Shown in pieces: positions 22,986 through 33,563 of a stretch of 64,000 bases of DNA. This DNA comes from Escherichia coli (GTDB lineage: Bacteria > Pseudomonadota > Gammaproteobacteria > Enterobacterales > Enterobacteriaceae), in the NCBI RefSeq assembly GCF_036507355.1, contig NZ_AP027877.1. One strand, 5' to 3'. A program made the position numbers and the translations under genes. The notes under the pieces are model-generated. The model was given only the letters and a program-made list of their open reading frames with translations, had not been told where the DNA came from and did no database searches. Position 1 is the stretch's first letter, and each line of letters starts with the position of its first letter.

Positions 22986-23870
22986 TTAAAGGAAATGGCA
23001 GAATTTACCGACGATGCCGAGAACCACGGTAACTGCAATCAGACGCAGCGGACTCCAGCCGCGGCGTACCAACCAAAACATGGTCAGGGTGTAGACCAAC
23101 GGTAAGAAGGCAGGCATCAGTTTGTCGATAACATCAGCCTGTAACTTAACCACTGCGTCGCCCGCTGTGATTTCCAGCGTGGTGCTTAAACGAACATAGG
23201 TTGCCACCAGCGCACCGATTACCGTCATCCCAACGATAGACGCAGCATGGCCGACTTTTTTGGTATTTGCTTTAATGAGTGGAATCGCCGCCACGCCCAT
23301 GCGGTAAGCATAATGCGCCAGACCAAAACGCAGCCCCAGGTGTACCACGTTGAACAGCACAATAAAGACGACTGCGCCAAGAATGGAGCCTTGCAATGCC
23401 AGACTGGCTCCAATCCCGCCACAAATCGGCAGTAGCGTTAGCCAGAACATTGCATCGCCAATCCCGCCGAGCGGCGCACCGACGGCAATTTTGGTGCTCT
23501 GAATACTGTTAACGTCCTGCTTAGAACGCTCCATCGCAAGGATAATGCCGATAACAAATGTCACCAGAAACGGATGGGTATTGAAGAAACCCATATGCCC
23601 CTTCATGGCGCGCGCCAGGTCGCGTTTATTAGTGTGGATCTTTTTCAGAGCAGGCAGCAGACCGTACAACCAGCCAGAAGCCTGCATACGTTCGTAGTTA
23701 AAAGACGCTTGTAACAGCATGGAACGCCAGGCGACGCGGTTGATATCTTTTTTCGTCAGCTCCGCGCCAATGCTCTGATCTTCATACACGTTTTCATTGA
23801 CGCCAGTCAGCAATGTTTCTTCGTTTTCACTGACGTTCGGCAGGGTGGTTTGATTAGATGCCATCTTCAA
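22986..23870 (-). CDS. agaE: PTS N-acetylgalactosamine-specific EIID component AgaE
   Basis: 294-aa ORF; paralogous to AgaD. Gene absent from K-12. Confidence 0.8.
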   Translation of the reverse strand: MKMASNQTTLPNVSENEETLLTGVNENVYEDQSIGAELTKKDINRVAWRSMLLQASFNYERMQASGWLYGLLPALKKIHTNKRDLARAMKGHMGFFNTHPFLVTFVIGIILAMERSKQDVNSIQSTKIAVGAPLGGIGDAMFWLTLLPICGGIGASLALQGSILGAVVFIVLFNVVHLGLRFGLAHYAYRMGVAAIPLIKANTKKVGHAASIVGMTVIGALVATYVRLSTTLEITAGDAVVKLQADVIDKLMPAFLPLVYTLTMFWLVRRGWSPLRLIAVTVVLGIVGKFCHFL

Positions 23871-24633
23871 ATTCCTCTTTCTGTGCCGCAGGTTGAGTCG
23901 GTTCAGGAGATTTACGCAGCAGATCGATCAGCGCCATCGCCAGCGCGGCGGCAGCAATAGCCAGCACCGGTAACTTGAGCCAGGCTGCGGCAACAAAGCC
24001 CAGGATGAAGTAGGGGATGTAGACGTTTTTCATCATGATTTTCAGCAGCACGGCAAAACCGATTGCTGGCATGATGCCGCCCGCGACGCCGAGGCCGTCG
24101 ATTAATCGTTGCGGCAGGACATCAATGATGGTTTTTGCATGTTCCGCGCCGAAGTAGATAGGCAGGAAAGCGCAGAGAAAATAGAAAGTGCCGAGTGCCA
24201 GCAGTGCCAGATAGTTTACGCGTTCAATGCCGCGAGTATCGGCGTTCTCCGCCATCCGGTCGCAGCGAGACATCACGCCAGACATCACCGAGAACAGGAA
24301 GGTAATCCCCATCTGTACTGCGACAGCGAAAGGTACGGCGACACCGACTGCGACATCGGGTTTCACGCCAGTAGTAATGGCAAACGCCGTGCCGACGATA
24401 GTACCGATAATCACGTTAGGCGGCTGTGCGCCCGCCAGCGGGGCCAGCCCCATCCACACCAGTTCCAGCGTACCGCCGGTTAAAATACCGGTATGCAGAT
24501 CGCCAAGTACCAGCCCGACTAACGGGCCGAGGACCACCGGGCGGTGCATATGGGTTAAGCCGTTAAACATATCCAGGCCAGCGATAAAGGCGATAATGCC
24601 CAACGCGAATGCCTGCAACAGACTGATTTCCAT
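23854..24633 (-). CDS. agaW: PTS N-acetylgalactosamine-specific EIIC component AgaW
   Basis: 259-aa hydrophobic ORF; paralogous to AgaC. Confidence 0.8.
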   Translation of the reverse strand: MEISLLQAFALGIIAFIAGLDMFNGLTHMHRPVVLGPLVGLVLGDLHTGILTGGTLELVWMGLAPLAGAQPPNVIIGTIVGTAFAITTGVKPDVAVGVAVPFAVAVQMGITFLFSVMSGVMSRCDRMAENADTRGIERVNYLALLALGTFYFLCAFLPIYFGAEHAKTIIDVLPQRLIDGLGVAGGIMPAIGFAVLLKIMMKNVYIPYFILGFVAAAWLKLPVLAIAAAALAMALIDLLRKSPEPTQPAAQKEEFEDGI

Positions 24634-24643
24634 GATGAATCCC

Positions 24644-25117
24644 TCAAAGTAATTTAAAGAGGTCCACAGCAGGCTCTGTCGGGACGCCCTGAACGAAGCA
24701 TTCCACCCCAGCGGCTTTCAGGTCGTTAAATGCTGCGATATCGCCCGCATCCACAGAAACCGTTTTGGCGATTTGTTGCTTGCCATTGGCGTAGTGCATA
24801 TTGCCAACGTTAATGCGATTCACCGGAACGCCACCTTTCACCAGCGTCAGGAAATCGGCGGGTGTTTTACAAACCAGCAGGATTTTCTGTCGATCGGCGG
24901 CGCGATGAATGTTGTCGATAACTTTTTGCAGCGTCCAGAAACGTACGGCGATCCCTTCTGCCAGTACCATTTCCATCAGGTTTTGTTGTACCGGATCTTC
25001 GGCAACCTCATCGTTGGCTACCAGCACCAGATTTGCCCCCGCAAATCCGACCCACTGAACGCCGACCTGACCGTGAATCAAGCGTTCATCAATCCGGCTT
25101 AAAACAATATTTGGCAT
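24644..25117 (-). CDS. agaV: PTS N-acetylgalactosamine-specific EIIB component AgaV
   Basis: ORF 24644..25153; start placed at MPNIVLSRIDERLIHGQ (157 aa). Confidence 0.82.
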   Translation of the reverse strand: MPNIVLSRIDERLIHGQVGVQWVGFAGANLVLVANDEVAEDPVQQNLMEMVLAEGIAVRFWTLQKVIDNIHRAADRQKILLVCKTPADFLTLVKGGVPVNRINVGNMHYANGKQQIAKTVSVDAGDIAAFNDLKAAGVECFVQGVPTEPAVDLFKLL

Positions 25118-25139
25118 AGCGTGTTCCTCTTTGTTTTGC

Positions 25140-26420
25140 TTATTGGCCTTCACAGGCTGTGTGGTACTGCGCCAGGATGTCCTGAATATGGTTGATAATG
25201 AGTTCCCGTGGCGTTGGCTGCAGCTCGCCGGAGCGAACTTTCACGTACTGCAGCGGCAGATACTGGCTGATCAGCGGCAGCGGAATTGGTGAATCCGCCA
25301 GATTACGTACCAGATGAGCGAAAGCGTCATCAATCTGGCTGTCCGGCCAGTAATAGCGCACGCGATCCGAGTAGCTATAACCACGCGCCAGACGACGCGC
25401 GTTGCCGTCACCGTGGTAGTGGCTTTGCCAGTATTCCGGGCGGTCGAGCATCACGTTTTCCAGCACCTGACGCAGACCAGAACAGGCTTTTGCTGGCACC
25501 AGTTCTTCTTCAATCGCTGCCAGAGAGAACAGAGCTTCACGCAGGGCGAAGGTCAGCGCCGGGCCAACTTTCAGAATGGCAAAGTGGTCAATCACCAGCT
25601 GGCGCAGCGATTGCGGCGTTTGATAATCGGTAGAGTGCGCTTCGAAAATCAGCGTTTCGTAGTTTTCGACCATCTGGCTTAAGGCGGTCGCTTTGGCGGG
25701 CTGATAATCAATAACGTTGGTGTGATCGAATTCGACGCCGGGTTGAACCACCAGGGCAATGATGCGTGGCTAGATGGCATTCAAACCTTGCTTTTCAAAG
25801 GCGTGACGATGGGCTTCCAGCGTGGCGCGGGCGGCATCCGGCGTGGTGACCGCCAGCTCGCTTAAGGTTTCATGCGCGCCGCCAGGTACCGGCACTTCGG
25901 TACCAATGACATACTCCAAATCGGCTTCGCCAAAGTGTTCGCGACAGGTTTCTTCCGCCACTTTCGCCAGACGGGCGGCGCGTTCAGCCACGATGTCATC
26001 AGTTAAGGGAATCGGATCGTCCTGACAGGACATGCTGCAATCAAGGTGAATTTTTTTGAATCCCGCCGCGACGTAGCTTTTAATCAAATCATCGGCATTG
26101 GTCATTGCCTGAGCGGCCGGCAGGTTTTGCCAGCGGTTTGGCCCCAGATGGTCACCACCCAGAATCAACGCATCCTGCGGGAAATTCAACGAGTCGGCGA
26201 GCTGACAAACAAAGCCGCGAAAATCGGCGGGCGTCATTCCGGTATAACCGCCGAACTGGTCTACCTGATTGGAGGTTGCTTCAATCAGTAACGGCGTTTG
26301 GTTTGCACTGGCGTAGCGGATTGCAGCCTCCAGCACCAGCGGATGTGCGGAACAAACAGCATAAATTCCATTTGTTTTGCCCGCTTTGTGCTGTCTCACC
26401 ATTTCTGTCAGATGTTTCAC
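25140..26420 (-). pseudogene. kbaZ: kbaZ (agaZ) tagatose-bisphosphate aldolase non-catalytic subunit, interrupted by an in-frame amber codon
   Basis: 1281 bp equals 427 codons, the full KbaZ length. One TAG (complement of 25770..25772) sits where K-12 has Trp (...QGLNAI*PRIIALV...); both flanks are in frame and collinear with KbaZ. Confidence 0.8.
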
Positions 26421-26668
26421 TTTCCTCTCCAGTTCAGATTACTGCGATATTAATCTTTCGTTTTGTTTCACTTGATACTGCGTCATGGTGAGATAAAAAT
26501 AAAACGAAAGATAATAGTTTTCTGATCTGATTCACAAAAGAAACATAATGAAAGCCACTGAAACGAGAGTAGCTTGCGTCAATGGGCAAGGTGGGCTTGC
26601 ATTTGCTTAATAGAAAGGCGTTAATAGGCAAAACGAAATGAAACGAAAGTTTTACGAAAGGACTTACT
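26421..26668. promoter_or_regulatory. kbaZ/agaR divergent promoter region with AgaR operator-like repeats
   Basis: Repeated ctttcgttttgtttcac, aaaacgaaag, gaaacgaaag and tacgaaagg motifs. Confidence 0.5.
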
Positions 26669-27478
26669 ATGAGTAATACCGACGCTTCAGGTGAGAAGCG
26701 AGTGACAGGCACCAGCGAGCGACGAGAACAGATCATTCAGCGTCTGCGACAGCAAGGGAGTGTGCAGGTTAACGATCTGTCGGCATTGTATGGCGTATCT
26801 ACCGTGACGATCCGCAACGATCTGGCGTTTCTGGAAAAGCAGGGGATCGCTGTGCGTGCCTATGGTGGCGCGTTGATCTGCGATAGCACAACGCCGTCAG
26901 TCGAGCCATCAGTGGAAGATAAAAGCGCGCTGAACACCGCAATGAAACGCAGCGTTGCGAAAGCTGCCGTTGAGTTGATTCAGCCAGGTCATCGGGTGAT
27001 CCTCGATTCCGGGACCACCACTTTTGAGATTGCTCGTCTGATGCGTAAGCACACTGACGTAATTGCGATGACCAACGGTATGAACGTGGCTAATGCGTTG
27101 CTGGAAGCGGAAGGCGTTGAGCTGCTGATGACCGGCGGGCATTTGCGCCGTCAGTCGCAATCTTTTTACGGCGATCAGGCTGAACAATCGCTGCAAAATT
27201 ACCACTTCGATATGCTGTTTCTTGGTGTAGATGCGATTGATCTGGAGCGTGGCGTCAGCACGCATAATGAAGATGAAGCCCGTTTAAACCGCCGGATGTG
27301 CGAAGTTGCGGAACGGATCATCGTAGTCACCGATTCCAGTAAGTTCAACCGCTCCAGTTTACATAAGATCATTGATACTCAACGTATCGACATGATCATT
27401 GTTGATGAAGGCATTCCTGCGGATAGTCTGGAAGGACTGCGAAAGGCTGGGGTTGAAGTGATTCTGGTCGGGGAGTGA
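26669..27478 (+). CDS. agaR: DeoR-family repressor of the aga regulon AgaR
   Basis: 269-aa ORF with N-terminal HTH and DeoR C-terminal domain; recognised as AgaR. Confidence 0.88.
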
Positions 27479-27485
27479 GAAAGGG

Positions 27486-27520
27486 TGCCCGCTGGTCAAC
27501 ACGAATGCGTTCGGCGGGCA
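27486..27520. terminator. Hairpin between convergent agaR and yhaV
   Basis: Stem tgcccgc/gcgggca with inner cgaa...ttcg pairing. Confidence 0.4.
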
Positions 27521-27532
27521 TTGTGAACACCA

Positions 27533-27997
27533 TCAATGGTTTTCTTCTGTCTCTTGGGTGAGGCTTTCCCAGTCGGCAGGAGGATGTCCTCTTTTTAACA
27601 TTTTACTGAATACGGTATAGGCATCTGTTTTTTTACCGTAGGTGCGCAGCGTGTTTTCATCGTTCATCCATCCCAGAATGATGACTTTCTCTTTTTCACT
27701 GTAACGAAAGAAGAGACGATAGCGACCAGCACCAAATTTTACCCGTGACCAGTCTTTATTTTTCCCAGAGCCTAACGACTTGCCATGACGGAATGCCGGT
27801 GATGATGGATTGACCGTGATATGCTCCTCAATCACTTTATGGACTACCGCCAATAACTTTGTGGCGGCTTTTCTCTGATAATTTTCAGGATCTTTTCCCT
27901 TTAATGTCTCGACTTCGGCAACTAAAGCGTCGTAGGTTTCCTGAAAACAGGGATGAGCATATAGCGCCCAACCATTAACCCTTTGTGGAAAATCCAT
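27533..27997 (-). CDS. yhaV: Type II toxin YhaV (ribosome-dependent mRNA interferase)
   Basis: 154-aa ORF recognised as YhaV; overlaps the prlF stop. Confidence 0.88.
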   Translation of the reverse strand: MDFPQRVNGWALYAHPCFQETYDALVAEVETLKGKDPENYQRKAATKLLAVVHKVIEEHITVNPSSPAFRHGKSLGSGKNKDWSRVKFGAGRYRLFFRYSEKEKVIILGWMNDENTLRTYGKKTDAYTVFSKMLKRGHPPADWESLTQETEENH

Positions 27998-28332
27998 TAT
28001 TCGTCGTCGCCAATCTCATCATCAATGTTGACGTCCATGCCAGCGACAAGTTTCTTTCCTTGTTGAATGTTGAATGGACGAGTTTTTTGCGGGTTGTTCT
28101 GGATATCTGCATCCAGAAAACGCAAAAATGCATTCATAGTATGATCCTCCTGTTCATCTCCCAGTCGGCACATAAATACTTGCCCACCAGGCAGAATTTC
28201 GTAATGAATGCTGTCCTGGCCTGGCTTCAGTTTTAAGGCCTCACGCACTGGCGCGGGGATAGTTGTTTGTCCGCGTATCGTGACCTTTGATTCAGTGGTC
28301 AGTACAGCGTGAGAGCGAGCATTAGCGGGCAT
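27997..28332 (-). CDS. prlF: Type II antitoxin PrlF (SohA), AbrB/SpoVT-type
   Basis: 111-aa ORF recognised as PrlF, with an acidic C-terminus; immediately upstream of yhaV. Confidence 0.88.
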   Translation of the reverse strand: MPANARSHAVLTTESKVTIRGQTTIPAPVREALKLKPGQDSIHYEILPGGQVFMCRLGDEQEDHTMNAFLRFLDADIQNNPQKTRPFNIQQGKKLVAGMDVNIDDEIGDDE

Positions 28333-28432
28333 GATTCACTGTCCTTTTACAGCCTGTTTTCTGCTCAAATTATAAGCTTGAACTAAGGTAATGCAAATGC
28401 ATTATTAATGGACGTGGGGGCTTTAAACAATA

Positions 28433-28458
28433 AAAACATGGCACTAAGGCCATGTTTT
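28433..28458 (-). terminator. Rho-independent terminator of garD
   Basis: 10-bp stem aaaacatggc/gccatgtttt with a 6-nt loop, 23 bp past the garD stop. Confidence 0.6.
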
Positions 28459-28480
28459 GCGAGGGACGTTCCAAAAGAAA

Positions 28481-30052
28481 TCAGGTCACCGGTGCTGGGT
28501 TAAACACCGCCAGCTGGTTATGCAGTCCCCATTGATCCGAGAAGGTTTTCTTCTTCCCGCTGGCGACGTCGAGAATAAAGTGGAACAACTTCCAGCCCAC
28601 CTCTTCAATGGTTTCTTCGCCGGTGGCGATAGTGCCCGCGTTAATATCCATTAAATCAAACCAGCGGTTCGCCAGCTCGGTGCGGGTCGCCATTTTAATG
28701 ACGGGTACCGCCATCAGGCCGTACGGCGTACCACGACCGGTCGTAAACACTTGCACGGTGATACCCGAAGCCACCTGTTGCGTGCCACAGACAAAATCGC
28801 TGGCTGGCGTCGCGGCGTAAATTAATCCGCGTTTAGTCGGGCGTTGACCGGGCGACAGCACTTCAACAATTGCGCTTTTACCCGATTTAGCAATGGAGCC
28901 GAGCGCTTTCTCCACTACATTTGCCAGACCGCCTTTCTTGTTGCCCGGCGAAGGGTTGGCGCTGCGGTCGGTTTTTCCCATATTGAGATAGTTATCGTAC
29001 CACTCCATCTCCGCCAGCAGCCGTTTGCCGACCTCTTCGTTCACTGCGCGTGGTGTCAGCAGATGGATCGCGTCACGCACTTCCGTGACTTCTGAGAACA
29101 TCACCGTTGCGCCGCAGCGCACCAGTAGATCAGACGCATACCCAACCGCCGGGTTTGCCGTTACGCCAGAAAAGGCATCGCTGCCACCGCACTGCATGCC
29201 GACAACCAGTTCTGAAGCCGGACAGGTTTCTCGCTGACGTTGATTCAGTTTTTGTAGATGGCGTTCGGCGACCTGCAAAATATCCTCGACCATGGACTGA
29301 AAACCGACATGCTTTTCATCCTGCAAACTGACAATGCTGGCGCTTTCTACTGGAATAGCTTGCACATCATCCGTTCCAGTCAGCAGGCGCTCAGGCTGCA
29401 ACTTTTCACAACCCAGGCCAATCACCATTACTTCGCCGCCAAAGTTAGGGTTCAGCGAAATATTGTGAATGGTACGAATAGGCACAGCTGCCGCCGGTGC
29501 GTTAATCGCCACGCCACAACCGTACAAATGATTCAGCCCCACCACGCCATCGACGTTCGGGTATTTCGGTAGCAGATCGCGTTCAATGATTTTTACTACA
29601 TAGTCCACCACGCCTGCCACACAGTGGACGCTGGTGGTGATGCCGAGCAGGTTTTTGGTGCCCACGCTGCCATCGGCATTGCGATAGCCCTCAAAGGTGT
29701 ATCCTTCCAGCGGCGGTAAGGGTTCCGGGACTTTGGTTGCCAGTGGCAGCGTGTGTAACGGCGGCGCTTCCGGTAGTACAACCATTGATTCGTCGATCCA
29801 GCTTCCGCGTGGGATTGCACGCACGGCGTAACCAATCACTTCGCCATAACGAATAATTTCACCATTAGCCGGAATGTCCAGCAATGCGACTTTATGCCCC
29901 TGGGGAATATGTTCAATTAATTCCAGCCCATCCGGAAAACGCGTTCCTGCTTTCAGGCCATTATCATTAACAATAATTGCCACATTATCTGTGTCGTGAA
30001 CTTTTATATAAAACGCAGTTGGCGTTTCTTGTCTGATTTCGATGTTGGCCAT
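28481..30052 (-). CDS. garD: Galactarate dehydratase GarD
   Basis: 523-aa ORF; recognised as GarD; paralogous to UxaA at 62336..63823 in this window. Confidence 0.9.
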   Translation of the reverse strand: MANIEIRQETPTAFYIKVHDTDNVAIIVNDNGLKAGTRFPDGLELIEHIPQGHKVALLDIPANGEIIRYGEVIGYAVRAIPRGSWIDESMVVLPEAPPLHTLPLATKVPEPLPPLEGYTFEGYRNADGSVGTKNLLGITTSVHCVAGVVDYVVKIIERDLLPKYPNVDGVVGLNHLYGCGVAINAPAAAVPIRTIHNISLNPNFGGEVMVIGLGCEKLQPERLLTGTDDVQAIPVESASIVSLQDEKHVGFQSMVEDILQVAERHLQKLNQRQRETCPASELVVGMQCGGSDAFSGVTANPAVGYASDLLVRCGATVMFSEVTEVRDAIHLLTPRAVNEEVGKRLLAEMEWYDNYLNMGKTDRSANPSPGNKKGGLANVVEKALGSIAKSGKSAIVEVLSPGQRPTKRGLIYAATPASDFVCGTQQVASGITVQVFTTGRGTPYGLMAVPVIKMATRTELANRWFDLMDINAGTIATGEETIEEVGWKLFHFILDVASGKKKTFSDQWGLHNQLAVFNPAPVT

Positions 30053-30426
30053 TGTGCAATATTCTCCAGCCAGGGGTTATTAAAATGAGGACCTGGTCTC
30101 ATTTAAAAATAAATGACTTCATTGGGTGAAATAAGAATGTCAGGAGTTTAAACGCAGAAATGTGATCAATGTCAATCATTTCAGGGATTGCAGTGCCGCC
30201 CGGCAAGGTAAAGCGCAAATCTGTGCTTTAGCGCGCAACCTTATGTGCATATGCTCAAAATAATATTTAAATAGCATTAATTAAATTAGCATTTGCACAA
30301 TGATTATTATTCTCGCGCTGCTTATACTAATTCCCGAGTTCATTGCCGTTACGGCATAAATGAAACTCATAAATAACACCTTCCCCATAATAATAAAAAT
30401 CAGCATAAGTACCCGAGGTAAATAAA

Positions 30427-31761
30427 ATGATTCTGGACACCGTTGACGAAAAAAAGAAAGGCGTGCATACCCGCTATTTAATATTACTGATTATTTTTAT
30501 TGTTACCGCCGTTAACTACGCCGATCGTGCAACGCTGTCTATTGCTGGTACCGAAGTGGCAAAAGAGTTGCAGTTAAGTGCGGTTTCGATGGGTTACATC
30601 TTTTCTGCTTTTGGCTGGGCCTACTTGCTGATGCAAATCCCCGGCGGCTGGCTGCTTGATAAGTTTGGCTCGAAAAAAGTTTACACCTATAGCCTCTTTT
30701 TCTGGTCGCTATTCACCTTCCTGCAAGGCTTTGTTGATATGTTCCCGCTGGCTTGGGCAGGGATCTCCATGTTCTTTATGCGCTTTATGCTGGGGTTTTC
30801 GGAAGCGCCATCATTCCCGGCGAACGCCCGTATTGTCGCCGCCTGGTTCCCGACGAAAGAACGTGGTACTGCCTCCGCCATCTTTAACTCGGCGCAATAT
30901 TTCTCGCTGGCGCTCTTTTCGCCTCTGCTTGGCTGGCTGACTTTCGCCTGGGGCTGGGAGCACGTCTTTACCGTTATGGGGGTGATTGGTTTTGTGCTGA
31001 CGGCGCTGTGGATCAAATTGATTCATAACCCGACAGATCACCCACGTATGTCTGCGGAAGAGCTGAAGTTTATCTCTGAAAATGGCGCGGTGGTCGATAT
31101 GGACCACAAAAAGCCGGGCAGTGCGGCAGCAAGCGGACCCAAACTACATTACATCAAGCAATTGCTCTCTAACCGCATGATGCTTGGCGTATTTTTCGGA
31201 CAATATTTTATCAACACCATCACCTGGTTCTTCCTCACCTGGTTCCCGATTTATCTGGTGCAGGAAAAAGGTATGTCGATTCTGAAAGTGGGTCTGGTCG
31301 CCTCGATTCCAGCACTGTGTGGTTTTGCGGGCGGCGTGCTGGGAGGTGTCTTCTCGGATTATCTGATCAAACGCGGTTTGTCCCTGACCCTGGCACGTAA
31401 GCTACCGATTGTGATGGGAATGTTGCTGGCTTCCACCATCATCTTATGTAACTACACCAACAACACCACGCTGGTGGTCATGCTGATGGCGCTGGCTTTC
31501 TTTGGCAAAGGATTTGGTGCGCTGGGCTGGCCGGTGATTTCTGACACCGCGCCGAAAGAGATTGTTGGCCTCTGCGGCGGCGTCTTTAACGTCTTTGGCA
31601 ATGTTGCCTCCATTGTCACTCCACTGGTGATTGGCTACCTGGTAAGTGAACTGCACTCCTTCAATGCAGCACTGGTTTTCGTGGGATGTTCAGCGCTGAT
31701 GGCGATGGTCTGCTACCTCTTCGTAGTTGGCGACATTAAACGTATGGAATTGCAGAAATAA
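30427..31761 (+). CDS. garP: Galactarate/glucarate MFS transporter GarP
   Basis: 444-aa MFS ORF; synteny; divergent from garD. Confidence 0.88.
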   Translation: MILDTVDEKKKGVHTRYLILLIIFIVTAVNYADRATLSIAGTEVAKELQLSAVSMGYIFSAFGWAYLLMQIPGGWLLDKFGSKKVYTYSLFFWSLFTFLQGFVDMFPLAWAGISMFFMRFMLGFSEAPSFPANARIVAAWFPTKERGTASAIFNSAQYFSLALFSPLLGWLTFAWGWEHVFTVMGVIGFVLTALWIKLIHNPTDHPRMSAEELKFISENGAVVDMDHKKPGSAAASGPKLHYIKQLLSNRMMLGVFFGQYFINTITWFFLTWFPIYLVQEKGMSILKVGLVASIPALCGFAGGVLGGVFSDYLIKRGLSLTLARKLPIVMGMLLASTIILCNYTNNTTLVVMLMALAFFGKGFGALGWPVISDTAPKEIVGLCGGVFNVFGNVASIVTPLVIGYLVSELHSFNAALVFVGCSALMAMVCYLFVVGDIKRMELQK

Positions 31762-31776
31762 GCAAAGGTATAAGCG

Positions 31777-32547
31777 ATGAATAACGATGTTTTCCCGAAT
31801 AAATTCAAAGCCGCACTGGCTGCGAAACAGGTACAAATTGGTTGCTGGTCAGCACTCTCTAACCCGATTAGCACTGAAGTTCTTGGTTTGGCTGGGTTTG
31901 ACTGGCTGGTGCTGGATGGCGAACATGCGCCAAACGATATTTCCACGTTTATTCCGCAGTTAATGGCCCTGAAAGGCAGCGCCAGCGCGCCAGTAGTGCG
32001 AGTGCCGACCAACGAGCCGGTAATTATTAAGCGTCTTCTGGATATCGGTTTCTATAACTTCCTGATTCCTTTTGTAGAAACAAAAGAGGAAGCAGAGCAG
32101 GCGGTGGCATCGACGCGTTATCCGCCAGAAGGCATTCGCGGCGTCTCCGTTTCTCACCGCGCCAATATGTTTGGCACCGTGGCGGATTATTTCGCTCAGT
32201 CGAACAAGAACATCACTATTCTGGTCCAGATAGAAAGTCAGCAGGGCGTAGATAACGTCGATGCTATTGCCGCTACCGAAGGCGTAGACGGCATCTTCGT
32301 CGGCCCCAGCGATCTGGCCGCGGCATTAGGCCATCTCGGCAATGCATCACACCCGGATGTACAAAAAGCAATTCAGCACATTTTTAACCGTGCCAGCGCG
32401 CACGGCAAACCCAGCGGTATTCTCGCGCCGGTCGAAGCCGATGCGCGTCGTTATCTGGCATGGGGCGCGACGTTTGTGGCTGTCGGCAGCGATCTCGGCG
32501 TCTTCCGCTCTGCCACTCAGAAACTGGCTGATACCTTTAAAAAATAA
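31777..32547 (+). CDS. garL: 5-keto-4-deoxy-D-glucarate aldolase GarL
   Basis: 256-aa ORF; HpcH/HpaI aldolase family. Confidence 0.88.
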   Translation: MNNDVFPNKFKAALAAKQVQIGCWSALSNPISTEVLGLAGFDWLVLDGEHAPNDISTFIPQLMALKGSASAPVVRVPTNEPVIIKRLLDIGFYNFLIPFVETKEEAEQAVASTRYPPEGIRGVSVSHRANMFGTVADYFAQSNKNITILVQIESQQGVDNVDAIAATEGVDGIFVGPSDLAAALGHLGNASHPDVQKAIQHIFNRASAHGKPSGILAPVEADARRYLAWGATFVAVGSDLGVFRSATQKLADTFKK

Positions 32548-32576
32548 CCACCACCGCAACAAGAGAGATGATTGAT

Positions 32577-33467
32577 ATGACTATGAAAGTTGGTTTTATT
32601 GGCCTGGGGATTATGGGTAAACCAATGAGTAAAAACCTTCTGAAAGCAGGTTACTCGCTGGTGGTTGCTGACCGTAACCCAGAAGCTATTGCTGACGTGA
32701 TTGCTGCAGGTGCAGAAACAGCGTCTACGGCTAAAGCGATCGCTGAACAGTGCGACGTCATCATAACCATGCTGCCAAACTCCCCTCATGTGAAAGAGGT
32801 GGCGCTGGGTGAGAATGGCATTATTGAAGGCGCGAAGCCAGGTATGGTATTGATCGATATGAGTTCTATCGCACCGCTGGCAAGCCGTGAAATCAGCGAA
32901 GCGCTGAAAGCGAAAGGCATTGATATGCTGGATGCTCCGGTGAGCGGCGGTGAACCGAAAGCCATCGACGGTACGCTGTCAGTGATGGTAGGCGGCGACA
33001 AGGCTATTTTCGACAAATACTATGATTTGATGAAAGCGATGGCGGGTTCCGTGGTGCATACCGGGGAAAACGGTGCAGGTAACGTCACCAAACTGGCAAA
33101 TCAGGTCATTGTGGCGCTGAATATTGCTGCGATGTCAGAAGCGTTAACGCTGGCAACTAAAGCGGGCGTTAACCCGGACCTGGTTTATCAGGCAATTCGC
33201 GGTGGACTGGCGGGCAGTACCGTGCTGGATGCCAAAGCGCCGATGGTGATGGACCGCAACTTCAAGCCGGGCTTCCGTATTGATCTGCATATTAAGGATC
33301 TGGCGAATGCGCTGGATACTTCTCACGGCGTCGGCGCACAACTGCCGCTCACAGCTGCGGTTATGGAGATGATGCAGGCACTGCGTGCAGATGGTTTAGG
33401 AACGGCGGATCATAGCGCCCTGGCGTGCTACTACGAAAAACTGGCGAAAGTCGAAGTTACTCGTTAA
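32577..33467 (+). CDS. garR: Tartronate semialdehyde (2-hydroxy-3-oxopropionate) reductase GarR
   Basis: Rossmann motif GFIGLGIMG; start ambiguous among ATGs at 32568, 32577 and 32583. Confidence 0.85.
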   Translation: MTMKVGFIGLGIMGKPMSKNLLKAGYSLVVADRNPEAIADVIAAGAETASTAKAIAEQCDVIITMLPNSPHVKEVALGENGIIEGAKPGMVLIDMSSIAPLASREISEALKAKGIDMLDAPVSGGEPKAIDGTLSVMVGGDKAIFDKYYDLMKAMAGSVVHTGENGAGNVTKLANQVIVALNIAAMSEALTLATKAGVNPDLVYQAIRGGLAGSTVLDAKAPMVMDRNFKPGFRIDLHIKDLANALDTSHGVGAQLPLTAAVMEMMQALRADGLGTADHSALACYYEKLAKVEVTR

Positions 33468-33563
33468 TGACGTCGTGCCCGGATGGCGTATTGCAATCCG
33501 GGCCTGGAATCCAGGCCGAATAAGAGAAACGCCCTCCGGCGTCATGTGGTAACAGGCATAGGT

